Shown: piece by piece, positions 44,552-54,169 of the stretch
How the letters are laid out: each line of letters begins with the position of its first letter
Position numbering within the stretch: the first letter of the stretch is position 1
Source: Deltaproteobacteria bacterium
GTDB taxonomy: Bacteria > Desulfobacterota > Syntrophia > Syntrophales > JACQWR01
Length of the DNA: 64,000 bases
Assembly: GCA_016209105.1 (NCBI GenBank)
Contig: JACQWR010000011.1
Coordinates: 132,216-196,215, forward strand
Reading direction: 5' to 3'
Program-made: the position numbers and the translations under genes
The notes under the pieces: model-generated
Told to the model about the DNA's origin: nothing
What the model saw: the letters and a program-made list of their open reading frames with translations, nothing else
Database searches by the model: none

Positions 44552-45235
44552 TTACTTTGAAAAGACCTTAATACTTGCCCTCGCATTGAGTTGCCGGAAC
44601 CACTCTTCACGGCTTAAGCCCTGCTGTGCCGCGCCCTTTTCGACAAGCTTGTTTATCAATGTTTCATTTTCAATGCGTTTCTCAAGATTAGCCATACTCA
44701 TGGCGTGGTTTTTTAAAAAAGCCTCAAAATCCTTGTCGGACAGGTTCATGCCCTTCTTTATAGTATCTATGCGGTCCTGAATATCTTTTTTAGAAACAGT
44801 GATATTTTCCCGTTTCGCTTCAGTCAAAAGCACCTTCTCCTGGATCAGGGCACTCAGAACCTGACGCCTGATGGCCTCCTGCATTTTTTTTCCTTCGGGA
44901 GAGGAGGCGTCAGCGTGTCCACCCCCGCTCTGGGCATAAATCTTGGTGTAAATTTCCACTTTCTGTTCCACCTCTTTCCAAGGGATTTTCTCACCATTAA
45001 CAACCGCCGCCACGCCTCGCCCCACAAAAGGATTGGGGATAACTCCCGTAAACAGCATCAGAGCGGCCCCACCCAGCAACACCAGGAGTATCACCAGAAC
45101 GCCGAATAGTTTGCTTCCGCCCTTCTTATCCCCGGTTTGCACCTCTCCGGTTTCCAGTTTCTTGCCACAGGCACCGCACAGAGTTTCTCCCCCTTCAAGC
45201 TGGGCGTCGCAATGAGGACATTTCAAGATTTCCAT
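44552..45235 (-). CDS. Zinc-ribbon / TM / SurA-N-terminal-like chaperone domain protein
   Basis: N-terminal CPHC...CGAC ribbon, one TM helix, then a periplasmic helical domain resembling the SurA/PpiD N-terminal chaperone domain. Confidence 0.6.
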   Translation of the reverse strand: MEILKCPHCDAQLEGGETLCGACGKKLETGEVQTGDKKGGSKLFGVLVILLVLLGGAALMLFTGVIPNPFVGRGVAAVVNGEKIPWKEVEQKVEIYTKIYAQSGGGHADASSPEGKKMQEAIRRQVLSALIQEKVLLTEAKRENITVSKKDIQDRIDTIKKGMNLSDKDFEAFLKNHAMSMANLEKRIENETLINKLVEKGAAQQGLSREEWFRQLNARASIKVFSK

Positions 45236-45505
45236 TTTCTCACCTTTTCAGTAAAATTTGCGCAGCAGGCACGTGTCATTTGGTATGTCCAGTATGTCAC
45301 AGCGGCAATAGAAAGTAAAGTCCCTAAAACTTTTCTCGCCGCTCACAGACTGTCCCTCCCCTGAGGGGCAGCCCTTCCCATTGCCGTCCGGTTGAAAAAT
45401 CAACAGGACTGATGCCGCCCTATCAACGGGGCCGTGGTTCCCACAGCAGTTCCCGTGCTCCCCTCACCCCGCCTTCGAACCGGCGATTGCGGGCTGCACT
45501 CCCGA

Positions 45506-47287
45506 TCAGCGCTTCTGCGTTATCGTATCCACCAGCGCCGGCTGGCCGGCCTTTACCCGCGCAATGGCCCGCTTGAGCGCCGCCTTGACATCTTTCCCCT
45601 GGTCGATTGGGCCTTCGGCGTACCACCCCATGGATCGGGCAAGCCCGGCAAAATCAGGATCGGGATCGCAGAGATCCATGCCGATGTGGGCGCGATTCAC
45701 GGGCGTCCCCCGCAGTTTCGCCATCCGGATCTGATGGTGCCAGTCGTTGTAGTAGGCGCGGTTATTATACATGACAATCAGCATGGGGATCTTGTGTTTC
45801 GCCGCCACCCAGAGCGCGCCGGCATCGAACATCAGGTCGCCGTCGGGCTGCATATCCACCACCAGCCGGCCCTTGTCCCGGTTCGCCAGGGCCACGCCGA
45901 GGGCAATCCCGATCTGGGTGGACGTGCCCAGCGACTTGCCCGGATGGCGGTAGGGCTTGTCGAAATCCCAGAGCTTGCGCGTCCAGTCCTCAAGCGTACC
46001 CGCGGTCAACACCCAGTCTTCATCCTTGATGACATCCCAGACCTCGCTCGCCAGACGGGGAAGGGTTATGGGGCTTGCGTTCCAGTTTTCCTTCGCCTCT
46101 CTGGCCCACTTCGCCCGGAGGGCCTCATGTTTCTTTTTGGTCGCTTCAAACCGCTTCTTTACCACGGGTTGCAGGCGGGGATTTTTCGCCAGCAGGCCGC
46201 GGCATAATTTGGTCAGTGCCGGAATGGCCGTGGCGGTGTCCGCCAGGATACGCAGATCGACGTGGTGCAGGCGCTGGTAATCCATGGCCCAACTGCTGAT
46301 CTCCAGGTCGCCGAAGCCGATATCTATCCATTTACATCCCGCCGGGGCCAGGCTGGTCACCGTGCGGGTCGTACTCACCAGTTCCGTGGTGGGCTTCTCC
46401 CAGTCCCGCGTATCGAGGCACAGGATCAGGTCCGCGTCCCGGAAGACATCTTTTGACATGCTCAGGTTGAGCGGATGACACCCGGGGAAATTCAAGCGGC
46501 TGTTCACATCGAAGACCGGAGCAGCCACCGTCTCGGCAAGCTTCACCAAGGGCTCATAGCCTATTGGCTGGCGCCCGGCAAACTCTGCGAGGATCACGGG
46601 ATGCTTCGCCCTGACCAGCATCTCGGCCGCCTGCGCCAGGGCGTCGGGATCGGCAGCCATAGGAGTCGGCACCTTCATCGCGTGGGCGGGCGGCAGCGCG
46701 ACGGCATGGTTGAGGGGGGCTTCCTGGAGCCATGCATCGTAGCACATGTAGATCGGCCCCTGGGGTTCGGTCATCATGACCCCGTAGGCGCGGGCGAAGG
46801 ATTCGGGCACCCCATCAATGACGGTTGGCTGGTAGTCCCACTTCGTGAAATTCCGGAATGCCTCTCCCTGGGCATTGGCCGTATGCGTCCAGTCTATGCG
46901 GGGACGTCGCTTGGTCTCGTCCATGGGGCCGGTGGCGCCGACGATGAAGACGGGCGCCCGGTCAATGTAGGCATAGTAAACCGCCATGGTCGCATGCAGC
47001 ATGCCCACCAGGTTGTGGAGGATCGCCACCATGGGTTTCCCCGATGCCTTGGCGTAACCGTGGGCGATCTCCACGGCAATTTCCTCATGCTGGCAGAGCA
47101 TCAGGTAGGGAAAATTCTGGCCGTAATTGACGATTGAATCGTGCAGCCCCCGGTAGCTCGCACCCGGATTCATGGACGCGTAGGGGAGATCGTACCGGTG
47201 CAGCATGTCCACGATCACGTCCGATGCCCACCGTTGCTTCGTAGGAACAACCTTCGATTTTTTTGCAACATTTTTCTTTGCTGCCAT
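45506..47287 (-). CDS. Thiamine-diphosphate-dependent enzyme (acetolactate synthase / benzoylformate decarboxylase / diketone hydrolase superfamily)
   Basis: Three-domain ThDP enzyme with a GDG...N(N) ThDP-binding motif (DMQPDGDLMFDAGALWVAAKHKIPMLIVMYNN). Preferred start MAAKKN at 47287 behind GAAGGAGGGAG. Confidence 0.85.
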   Translation of the reverse strand: MAAKKNVAKKSKVVPTKQRWASDVIVDMLHRYDLPYASMNPGASYRGLHDSIVNYGQNFPYLMLCQHEEIAVEIAHGYAKASGKPMVAILHNLVGMLHATMAVYYAYIDRAPVFIVGATGPMDETKRRPRIDWTHTANAQGEAFRNFTKWDYQPTVIDGVPESFARAYGVMMTEPQGPIYMCYDAWLQEAPLNHAVALPPAHAMKVPTPMAADPDALAQAAEMLVRAKHPVILAEFAGRQPIGYEPLVKLAETVAAPVFDVNSRLNFPGCHPLNLSMSKDVFRDADLILCLDTRDWEKPTTELVSTTRTVTSLAPAGCKWIDIGFGDLEISSWAMDYQRLHHVDLRILADTATAIPALTKLCRGLLAKNPRLQPVVKKRFEATKKKHEALRAKWAREAKENWNASPITLPRLASEVWDVIKDEDWVLTAGTLEDWTRKLWDFDKPYRHPGKSLGTSTQIGIALGVALANRDKGRLVVDMQPDGDLMFDAGALWVAAKHKIPMLIVMYNNRAYYNDWHHQIRMAKLRGTPVNRAHIGMDLCDPDPDFAGLARSMGWYAEGPIDQGKDVKAALKRAIARVKAGQPALVDTITQKR

Positions 47288-47393
47288 AACTCCCTCCTTC
47301 AATAATGCCGTTGTAGGTATGCTGCGGTTCAGAGATCGGGGAACACCGGAAAACAGGTAAAGAGGAAACAATCCCCCTGCCGTATTTCCGGAA

Positions 47394-48107
47394 TTATCTG
47401 CGGATTTTTTTCAGAAAGGCAAGCGCCTCGTCCACGAAAACGACATCGGCGTACTTGCAGTTCATGTCGAACAGATTCACCTTGTGGCTCAGCCAGTTCC
47501 GGTCGAATACACATTCCTCGACCACAGTCACGTTAAAACCATGCATGAAACCCTCGATGACGCTGGCCCGGACGCAACCGCTGGTGGAATTGCCGCAGAT
47601 GATCAGCTGATTGACATCCATCTGGGTGAGGTGCGCAATAAGCGCGGTGCCGAAAAAGGCGCTGGCCCGCGTCTTTCTTATTACCAGTTCATCCTTTTCC
47701 GGGGTGAGTTCCGGGAAAAAAGCATGATCCCAGGCAGGATTCGCATCACGCCGTACCCGCTTCGTAGAAGAAAGGCTGCTTCTCGCCGATTGGCTTACGT
47801 CATCGCGGGTCGTATGGATAACGGGGATACCGGCCGCACGCGCCGCCGCCATCAAGCGTTTCGTGGGTTTGAGCGCCTCCCAGGCCGCCAGCCCGCAACT
47901 GCTGGGGAACCGCTTCATAGACTTGAGCACCGCCTCCGGCCGGTCGCCGAAGACCGCGTTGTAGTTGTCGATGCACAGCAGGGCCGGCCGCCTGCGGAAT
48001 CCCCTGCGGGTTTCATAATTGCCGGCTATCGCCCGGATTTCCTTGTCTATGACGTCTTCCCAGGCATGTTTCCTCTTTCCCTTTTTTACCACCGTTTTGC
48101 CCGACAT
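47394..48107 (-). CDS. Isochorismatase-family (cysteine) hydrolase, second copy
   Basis: LLCIDNYN (Asp), IRKTRASAF (Lys), ICGNSTSGCVRAS (Cys). Preferred start at 48107 behind AAAGGGGGG. Confidence 0.8.
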   Translation of the reverse strand: MSGKTVVKKGKRKHAWEDVIDKEIRAIAGNYETRRGFRRRPALLCIDNYNAVFGDRPEAVLKSMKRFPSSCGLAAWEALKPTKRLMAAARAAGIPVIHTTRDDVSQSARSSLSSTKRVRRDANPAWDHAFFPELTPEKDELVIRKTRASAFFGTALIAHLTQMDVNQLIICGNSTSGCVRASVIEGFMHGFNVTVVEECVFDRNWLSHKVNLFDMNCKYADVVFVDEALAFLKKIRR

Positions 48108-48117
48108 CGTCCCCCCT

Positions 48118-49116
48118 TTAATCGTCATTCTTATGGGAACAGGCCACCAGGGGAGCGGCAAACAGGTCATCCACCGCCATTTTCCGGTCGATGAGTCCCT
48201 GATCGAGCGAGTATTCCAGAAACCGCTCCAGGTTCGCCCTGTTCCTTTTTATTCCCAGCGGCCAGGGGTCATTCCCCAGCACGGCGCCCTCTTCTTCAAA
48301 ATAATGGCGACCCCAGGCCAACTGCGACCAGTTGGGATCGTCGTAGTAGCCCCGGTATATCTTCTTCGCCGCTTCGAAAAGCGAAAGAAGCGCCTTGGCC
48401 ACCCAGGGTTCACGGTCCACCAGCTCCTGTTTCAAAGCCAGGATGTGCATGATGGGATAATAACCGTTCTTCCGGTAATACCTGGTCTCTTCCGCCCTGG
48501 CATCAGGGAAGAGGCGCCGGACGCGGGCTCCCGCCTCCAGAATAGCTTTGGGAGGGTGGGGCATGATGAGGGCGTCGATCTCGCCGTCAAGGAGCATCTG
48601 CCCGATTTTCTTGCCTTCGCCTTTCCTTTCCAGGGAAACGCCCTCTTTAAGTTTGAAAGAGACGTTCTCTTCGCGGTTCACGCACCATTTGATTTTTTCC
48701 CAGGGAACGCCGTATTCCCACTTCATATCCCCCTTGGCCAGGACGGAAAGGGTGGTCTGGAACGAGCTCAATCCCACCTTCCTGCCGATCAGATCCGCGG
48801 GCGACGTTATTGTTGCATCGGCCAAGACCCAGGCCTGGGACTGGCTGAACAGTCTCCGGGGAAATACGGGAATGGCCGTCAGGGGCATACCCCGGTTTTT
48901 TGCCATGATATAGGAAGAGAGGGAAACCTCGGCAGCGTCAAATTCCCTCTCGCGGATCATCCGCTCATGCCTGCTTACGCCGTCCTTGAGCGGGGCAGAT
49001 TGCCCGACCTGCACGGTATGGAGTTCGAGCTCTTCCGGTACCGGCAGCGTCCCGTCAAAAAAGGGAACGTGCCGGTCGTAGTTCGACAACGCCAAGATGA
49101 TCTTCAATTTCCCCAT
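48118..49116 (-). CDS. PhtD-like (4,5-dihydroxyphthalate decarboxylase family, periplasmic-binding-protein-like fold) protein
   Basis: By recall it matches the family pattern: N-terminal ..SNYDR..P..DG, E.SLSSY, IPVFPRR.F, GEIDALI.P, PIMH, DPWP.G...N...LE..L.Y...QGL. Assignment is from memory, not a search. Confidence 0.6.
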   Translation of the reverse strand: MGKLKIILALSNYDRHVPFFDGTLPVPEELELHTVQVGQSAPLKDGVSRHERMIREREFDAAEVSLSSYIMAKNRGMPLTAIPVFPRRLFSQSQAWVLADATITSPADLIGRKVGLSSFQTTLSVLAKGDMKWEYGVPWEKIKWCVNREENVSFKLKEGVSLERKGEGKKIGQMLLDGEIDALIMPHPPKAILEAGARVRRLFPDARAEETRYYRKNGYYPIMHILALKQELVDREPWVAKALLSLFEAAKKIYRGYYDDPNWSQLAWGRHYFEEEGAVLGNDPWPLGIKRNRANLERFLEYSLDQGLIDRKMAVDDLFAAPLVACSHKNDD

Positions 49117-49182
49117 CAGAGAGGACCCTTAGTGTTCGGTGCGCTGCAAACGCAAAACCCTGTAAAAAGCGGCTCCGGCAAT

Positions 49183-49213
49183 TTTACGGGCGGGGATGAT
49201 CCCCGCCCGTAAA
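49183..49213. other. Near-perfect 31-bp palindrome/hairpin between tctB and the PhtD-like gene
   Basis: tttacgggcggggat g atccccgcccgtaaa. No clear U-tract. Confidence 0.35.
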
Positions 49214-49240
49214 GCACCGCTTCTAGAGAATGTATCTCCC

Positions 49241-49774
49241 CTACTCCCCCGTCGCCAGAAGTCTGAAGATCAGGGCATCGTACAGCGAAATCTTCGCAAT
49301 CACCACAAAAACCAGGTAAATCGTCGCCCATAATCCGAACGCGGTAGACACGGACGCCACCCAGCCGTCATCCTGGCTGCGCATAAATATAACGGTGAAA
49401 ACGGGAATGGTGATCAAAAATCCGAAGAGGTAAACCATCAGAACATAAAGCATCACCCACCCGGCAGCCTTCAGCAGAGCGATGGCCTCCTCGCGATCCG
49501 TTCTCTTCACCTTCTTTTCTTCCATCACCTCCACATGGATCTTATCCATGGTCTTTTGAAACATCTCGTCTTCTATCGAAATAACCTTCTTCTTCTTTTT
49601 CCCCCGTAAAACGGAAACAAGCTGAATGGAAGCCATGATGATACAGGGGAAGGCGATCACCAACGGCATGAGCCGCGCCTTGGTATTGTACTGGTAGGCC
49701 CCGATGATCACTGCCAGAAAAAAACAAATCAAAACCGAGCCGAAAAAAATTTCCATTTTATCTTTCGTCTTCAT
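49241..49774 (-). CDS. tctB: Tripartite tricarboxylate transporter small membrane subunit TctB, with an unusually long charged loop
   Basis: Four TM segments. 4-nt overlap with tctA. Lys/Glu-rich insert (RGKKKKKVISIEDEMFQKTMDKIHVEVMEEKKVKRTDREE). Confidence 0.7.
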   Translation of the reverse strand: MKTKDKMEIFFGSVLICFFLAVIIGAYQYNTKARLMPLVIAFPCIIMASIQLVSVLRGKKKKKVISIEDEMFQKTMDKIHVEVMEEKKVKRTDREEAIALLKAAGWVMLYVLMVYLFGFLITIPVFTVIFMRSQDDGWVASVSTAFGLWATIYLVFVVIAKISLYDALIFRLLATGE

Positions 49775-51270
49775 GCTGCACCTCCCGTCTGAGCCGCTTC
49801 TCTCTGCAGTCTTCTCGTTCGCCTCATCTGGAAGAATATCGTTACGACAATAATCGAGAACAGCAGCAGGGTGAGGGGGCGAAAGAGGAATTTAAGCCCG
49901 AAGAGGTTCATGGAAAGATGGAGATAGTTTTCCGTCAAGTCCCCCAGCACCGCGCCCAGCACAAAAGGCGCGCGGGGATATTTAAAAACTTTGAAGCCGT
50001 ATCCGAAGGCGCCGATAATGCAGGTGGCGATAATATCCCCGAAGTTGTTGGTGGCGAGAAACGCGCCGATAAAAGCGAAAACGAAAATGAACGGCACGAT
50101 CATCGAGACCTTGACAAAGGTAAGTTTGGCCAGTGGCATGACAAAGAGGAGGCACAGGATGACCCCGACGACATTGGCAAGGGCCAGAACCCAGACCATG
50201 CTGAAGACGACGTCGAGATGTTTGGTGAGCATCTCCTGCCCCGGCACGATCCCGATGATCATGAAGGCGCCGAGCAGAATGGCCATCGCTCCGGACGAGG
50301 GAACGCCGAAACACACCGTCGGAATAAGCCCGCCCCCTTCCTTGGAGTTATTGGCGCTCTCCGGGGCCAGGACGCCCTCTACCGCCCCCTTGCCGAATCG
50401 GGATGGATCTTTGGCGGTCTGCACGGCATGGCCGTAGCAGATAAATGCGGACGCTTCGCCGCCCAGTCCCGGGACCATGCCGATCATGCTGCCGATGACG
50501 CTGCAACGCAGCGTCAGGTTCCAATGGATGAAGGTATCCTTGATGCCCTGCCAAACCCCTGAGCCCGCGACCTGGTCTGCCTTGGTATGGGCAATGGAGC
50601 CGCCTTCCCTAATCATCGTTATTATTTCGGGAATGGCGAAGATGCCGATAGTGATATTCACGATATTCAAGCCGTCAAACAGATAGAGCTGATTGAAGGC
50701 AAAACGGACAACGCCGGTCTGGGGATCCATGCCGACGAAAGCCAGGGTCATGCCGACACCGCCGGCGACCAGGCCCTTCGTGAGGGAGCCGCCGCTCATC
50801 AGGGAGATGAAGGTGATGCCGACAAGCGTCATCATGAAAAATTCCGGCGGGCCGAAGGCCAGAACGACCGGCCTCACCACGGGAATGGTGAGGGCCATGA
50901 AGACCGCACCCACGACCCCGCCGAAACCGGAGGAGGCAAGCGCGGCGCCCAGCGCCCTTCCCGCCTCCCCCTTCTGCGCCATGGGATAGCCGTCAATAAC
51001 GGTTGCCGCCGCAGGACCATCGGGGGTATTGAAAAGAATTGCAGGAACGGGACTCCCCGTATGGACCACCGCATGCATGCCCAAAAGAAAGGCAAAGGCC
51101 ACGGCAGGCTCCATCCCGAAGCAAAAGGGTATCATTATGGCCAGCCCGACCTTTCCGCCGACCCCCGGAAGAATGCCGAGAATGAGGCCGATGGGGATGG
51201 TCAGCGCCAGAATCCCGAACACCTTCCAGTTCAGTATCAGTAATAAACCGCCATATAAAGCTTCTAACAT
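49771..51270 (-). CDS. tctA: Tripartite tricarboxylate transporter large permease TctA
   Basis: 499-aa polytopic permease with typical TctA sequence (GILPGVGG, GVPSSGAMAILLGA). Confidence 0.9.
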   Translation of the reverse strand: MLEALYGGLLLILNWKVFGILALTIPIGLILGILPGVGGKVGLAIMIPFCFGMEPAVAFAFLLGMHAVVHTGSPVPAILFNTPDGPAAATVIDGYPMAQKGEAGRALGAALASSGFGGVVGAVFMALTIPVVRPVVLAFGPPEFFMMTLVGITFISLMSGGSLTKGLVAGGVGMTLAFVGMDPQTGVVRFAFNQLYLFDGLNIVNITIGIFAIPEIITMIREGGSIAHTKADQVAGSGVWQGIKDTFIHWNLTLRCSVIGSMIGMVPGLGGEASAFICYGHAVQTAKDPSRFGKGAVEGVLAPESANNSKEGGGLIPTVCFGVPSSGAMAILLGAFMIIGIVPGQEMLTKHLDVVFSMVWVLALANVVGVILCLLFVMPLAKLTFVKVSMIVPFIFVFAFIGAFLATNNFGDIIATCIIGAFGYGFKVFKYPRAPFVLGAVLGDLTENYLHLSMNLFGLKFLFRPLTLLLFSIIVVTIFFQMRRTRRLQREAAQTGGAA

Positions 51271-51333
51271 AAATATTCACCTCCCTTTCTCCGTCTGATC
51301 TTGTATCGGGATCACCGATACAAGGATCAAACA

Positions 51334-51789
51334 TCAAATCTTTCCGACCCGTGAATAATCTCGAAAATAAAATAATAAGTCCGTGTCTTTCATAGGAGGG
51401 CTCCGCGCTCCCTGAGGCGTTTTTTCCCGATGGGGCCCTTCCATCAGCGGCAGGAGCGCCTTTCCCGCGTTGAATTCAAAACGACTGACCTCCGCAACCC
51501 TTGATATTCCCGAGAAGATGCACTGAGCGGACAGACGCCTTGCATGGACCTTGGTCTTCCTGAAGCCCGAGGTGACGGCAAACAGCACCCTCTTGGCAAC
51601 GGAGGTACGAAAAAGGTGCGTTCCTTCTTCCCGGACCATCCCGACAGGACAATGCTCCCGCCCCGCTCCTCCGGACACAGCGGTCCCTATGAAAGAGGAA
51701 TTTGCGGCATCCGCTAAGAGATTTGGTAAAACTGCCGCGATGGCAAGCAGGAGCAAAACCAACGATATCCGAGCACTAGGGAAACGCAT
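51334..51789 (-). CDS. Hypothetical secreted protein
   Basis: ORF with a signal-peptide-like N-terminus (ISLVLLLLAIAAVLPNLLADA) and a GGGAGAA RBS. No family recognised, and the coding status is uncertain. Confidence 0.35.
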   Translation of the reverse strand: MRFPSARISLVLLLLAIAAVLPNLLADAANSSFIGTAVSGGAGREHCPVGMVREEGTHLFRTSVAKRVLFAVTSGFRKTKVHARRLSAQCIFSGISRVAEVSRFEFNAGKALLPLMEGPHREKTPQGARSPPMKDTDLLFYFRDYSRVGKI

Positions 51790-51893
51790 TTCTCATTTCT
51801 CCCGAAGGGGATCAAAACAGCATACTCGTGAAGCTTTCCCCCGCTTGTTTTTGCAAGACGGAGGGCCGGCTATCCCTTAAGCAGGATCGCCAA

Positions 51894-52448
51894 TCACTTC
51901 CCCTGGTAACCCGGGGCGTTTTCCACCTGTTCCCACCAGTCAAACCCCAACGCTTTCACCAGGCGGCTTGTTGCCGTCACAAAACGGGCCGGATTGGCCG
52001 GACCGGCGTTGAAATGCTGATGGGTGGTATACGGCGGGATATACACAAAATCCCCTTCCTCCCACTCGTACCTCTTGGGCTCCTTCTCCCAATCCCAATG
52101 ATACTTAACATCGAGCGTGAAGGAAGCGTCCCAGTGCAGATCGTAGCCCTTGCCCTCCAGGACGTAAAAAAGCTCTTCCGCCATGTGGCGGTGTTTCCCC
52201 GAACTGCTTCCCGGCGCTATCTCCTGCATGTACATGTCGAGACAGCATTCCACCGTATCCGTCTCTTCGTTCACCAAATGCTTGATCCGGCCCTGCGGCG
52301 AGTTTTCCCAGGGCATTTCCGCCGGGCTCACGGAACGGGCTTTCTTATCATAGTCTTCGCGAAACTTTTTCGACCGCTCCAGCATCCGCCGGTAGTAATC
52401 CGTCTGCAGGGTTCCCTGGGCGGCTACAATTTTTTCTTCGTACGGCAT
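51894..52448 (-). CDS. Monocupin protein, same family as the bicupin halves
   Basis: Canonical cupin motif 1 GKHRHMAEELFYVLEGKG (HxH...E) and motif 2 YIPPYTTHQHFN. Confidence 0.7.
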   Translation of the reverse strand: MPYEEKIVAAQGTLQTDYYRRMLERSKKFREDYDKKARSVSPAEMPWENSPQGRIKHLVNEETDTVECCLDMYMQEIAPGSSSGKHRHMAEELFYVLEGKGYDLHWDASFTLDVKYHWDWEKEPKRYEWEEGDFVYIPPYTTHQHFNAGPANPARFVTATSRLVKALGFDWWEQVENAPGYQGK

Positions 52449-52469
52449 AATAAACCTCCTTGCGGTAAA

Positions 52470-53009
52470 CTATGGTTCTGGATGAAAATGCTCAAACCCG
52501 GGCTTCGCTTCCTTCGGCGGATATTCGACCGTCCTCTGGAACACCAGATGGAAAAAGAGGAACGTGGGCTTAGCCTTGAAGATAACGTAGCGCGCCGGTT
52601 TATCGGGCTTGTCGTTAAAGTGCTGATGGACGCACATATTTTCCACGATACAGACGTCTCCGGACTTCCAGGGATACTTTACTCCATCGTGCACGTCGTA
52701 TCCCTCCCCTTCCAGGATATAGAACACGGCGCTGTTCATATGCCCATGCCTCTGGCCGAAGCTGCCGGGCGCAAGCACGTCAATATGGGCCTCGACGGCC
52801 TGGGTCACCATCGTCCTCTGGGGATTCACGACATTCTTGCCGAATTTCGTCGGCCCTCCCTTCCAGTTCATCTCCTTGCTCTTGTATACCCGGGGTTGTT
52901 TGAGGAGATTTTGGTATACCTCCCCATACTTCCCGATCACTGCCCGGACAAACGTCCGGTCCTTCTGCCAACGGTCCCACTTTTGGTCAGTTTCTTCTTC
53001 TGGTTTCAT
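52470..53009 (-). CDS. Monocupin protein, partner of 51894..52448
   Basis: Motif 1 GQRHGHMNSAVFYILEGEG (HxH, acidic ligand position not conserved) and motif 2 VENMCVHQHFN. Confidence 0.7.
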   Translation of the reverse strand: MKPEEETDQKWDRWQKDRTFVRAVIGKYGEVYQNLLKQPRVYKSKEMNWKGGPTKFGKNVVNPQRTMVTQAVEAHIDVLAPGSFGQRHGHMNSAVFYILEGEGYDVHDGVKYPWKSGDVCIVENMCVHQHFNDKPDKPARYVIFKAKPTFLFFHLVFQRTVEYPPKEAKPGFEHFHPEP

Positions 53010-53034
53010 GGCAACCTCCTCTTGTTTAATTCGG

Positions 53035-53550
53035 TTATATCTCTATACCAAAACCGTTCGTTATTATCTCAGCCATCAAGCCGGCCAAGGGGGGAAGGAT
53101 CAAGCAGGAAATAATCCTGATTTTTACGAAACGCACACCCATCAGGGGAATCTCATACGCAAGCACCCGATGAACGGCAAAGACCGACCAGGCGGTAACG
53201 AAAGAAATCAAAGCCGGAACCGCCGCGCCGGTTTTTAAAAAAACATAGACAATGGGGAAACAGATAACCGGTCCGCCGGGAGTGAGTCCTCCCACCAAGG
53301 AACCGATCACGATGCCCCTCAGTCCCGCATCCTTCCCCAGCCACTCAGCCACCAGCTCCGTAGGAACAATCTGCGCGAAGAAGCCGGAAACCAGAACGGC
53401 CAAAACAATTTTAGGGACGGTACTAAAGGCCTGTTTCCAGGCAATCTGCAACCCCTGACGGAAGCGTCCATCATGACGTAAATAGGCCATGACGCCCAGT
53501 ATCAGCGCGAGGATCCATATGACCAGCGACGCATAATCCAGAACGTTCAC
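53035..53550 (-). CDS. Half-size permease (DUF318/ArsP-like predicted permease family), second half-gene
   Basis: TM-rich with the GGLTPGGPVICFP motif. GTG start overlaps the upstream TGA (AGGAGGTGA), with the RBS inside the upstream gene. Confidence 0.7.
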   Translation of the reverse strand: MNVLDYASLVIWILALILGVMAYLRHDGRFRQGLQIAWKQAFSTVPKIVLAVLVSGFFAQIVPTELVAEWLGKDAGLRGIVIGSLVGGLTPGGPVICFPIVYVFLKTGAAVPALISFVTAWSVFAVHRVLAYEIPLMGVRFVKIRIISCLILPPLAGLMAEIITNGFGIEI

Positions 53551-54110
53551 CTCCTCTCTGTTAATTTTCCGTCCAGATAAGTTACGAGCTTCTGAGCAAG
53601 GATTCCGGCCAACAAGGGAAAGAAGAGCGAGACGGACACCCGCAATACGGTAAAATTGACGCCCATGAGCGGCAGTTCCCAAATCAGGATACGCTGCATG
53701 CCCATGAGTTCCCAGGAAATCAGGTACGCAATCAGGGTGCTGATCGCCGCGCCCATGGAGGAAAGTGCTGAAATCAGGGGGAAAGAAACGATCGGGCCGC
53801 CCGGCGTAAGCATTCCGGCGAAAGTGGCTATCACGAGCCCCCTGAACCCGGCCCGCTCTCCGATCAATTGCATTACCACTTCCCGGGGTAAGAGAACCTG
53901 GACGAATCCGGCCAGAATAATTGCTCCCGCAATTTTGGGAAGTATCTGCATCATCATGACGAGCGAATCGTCTAATCCCTTATCAAAAACAGCCTCCCCC
54001 CTGCTATAACAGATAGCGGCAGTAATAATCACCAGTGCGGCAAAAATAACGAGGGAAGGGTCAATAACAGGCTTCCTTCTTTTTTCTGCCGGTTGCGCCA
54101 TGCTGATCAA
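53547..54110 (-). CDS. Half-size permease (DUF318/ArsP-like predicted permease family), first half-gene
   Basis: TM-rich with the GMLTPGGPIVSFP motif. Paralogous to the downstream half. The start is ambiguous: TTG at 54110 or ATG at 54101. Confidence 0.7.
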   Translation of the reverse strand: MISMAQPAEKRRKPVIDPSLVIFAALVIITAAICYSRGEAVFDKGLDDSLVMMMQILPKIAGAIILAGFVQVLLPREVVMQLIGERAGFRGLVIATFAGMLTPGGPIVSFPLISALSSMGAAISTLIAYLISWELMGMQRILIWELPLMGVNFTVLRVSVSLFFPLLAGILAQKLVTYLDGKLTERR

Positions 54111-54169
54111 ACCATCCTGTCACATGAGGGATGAAAACCGCCATTGCCCTGTTTCAGGCCATAGGAGGA

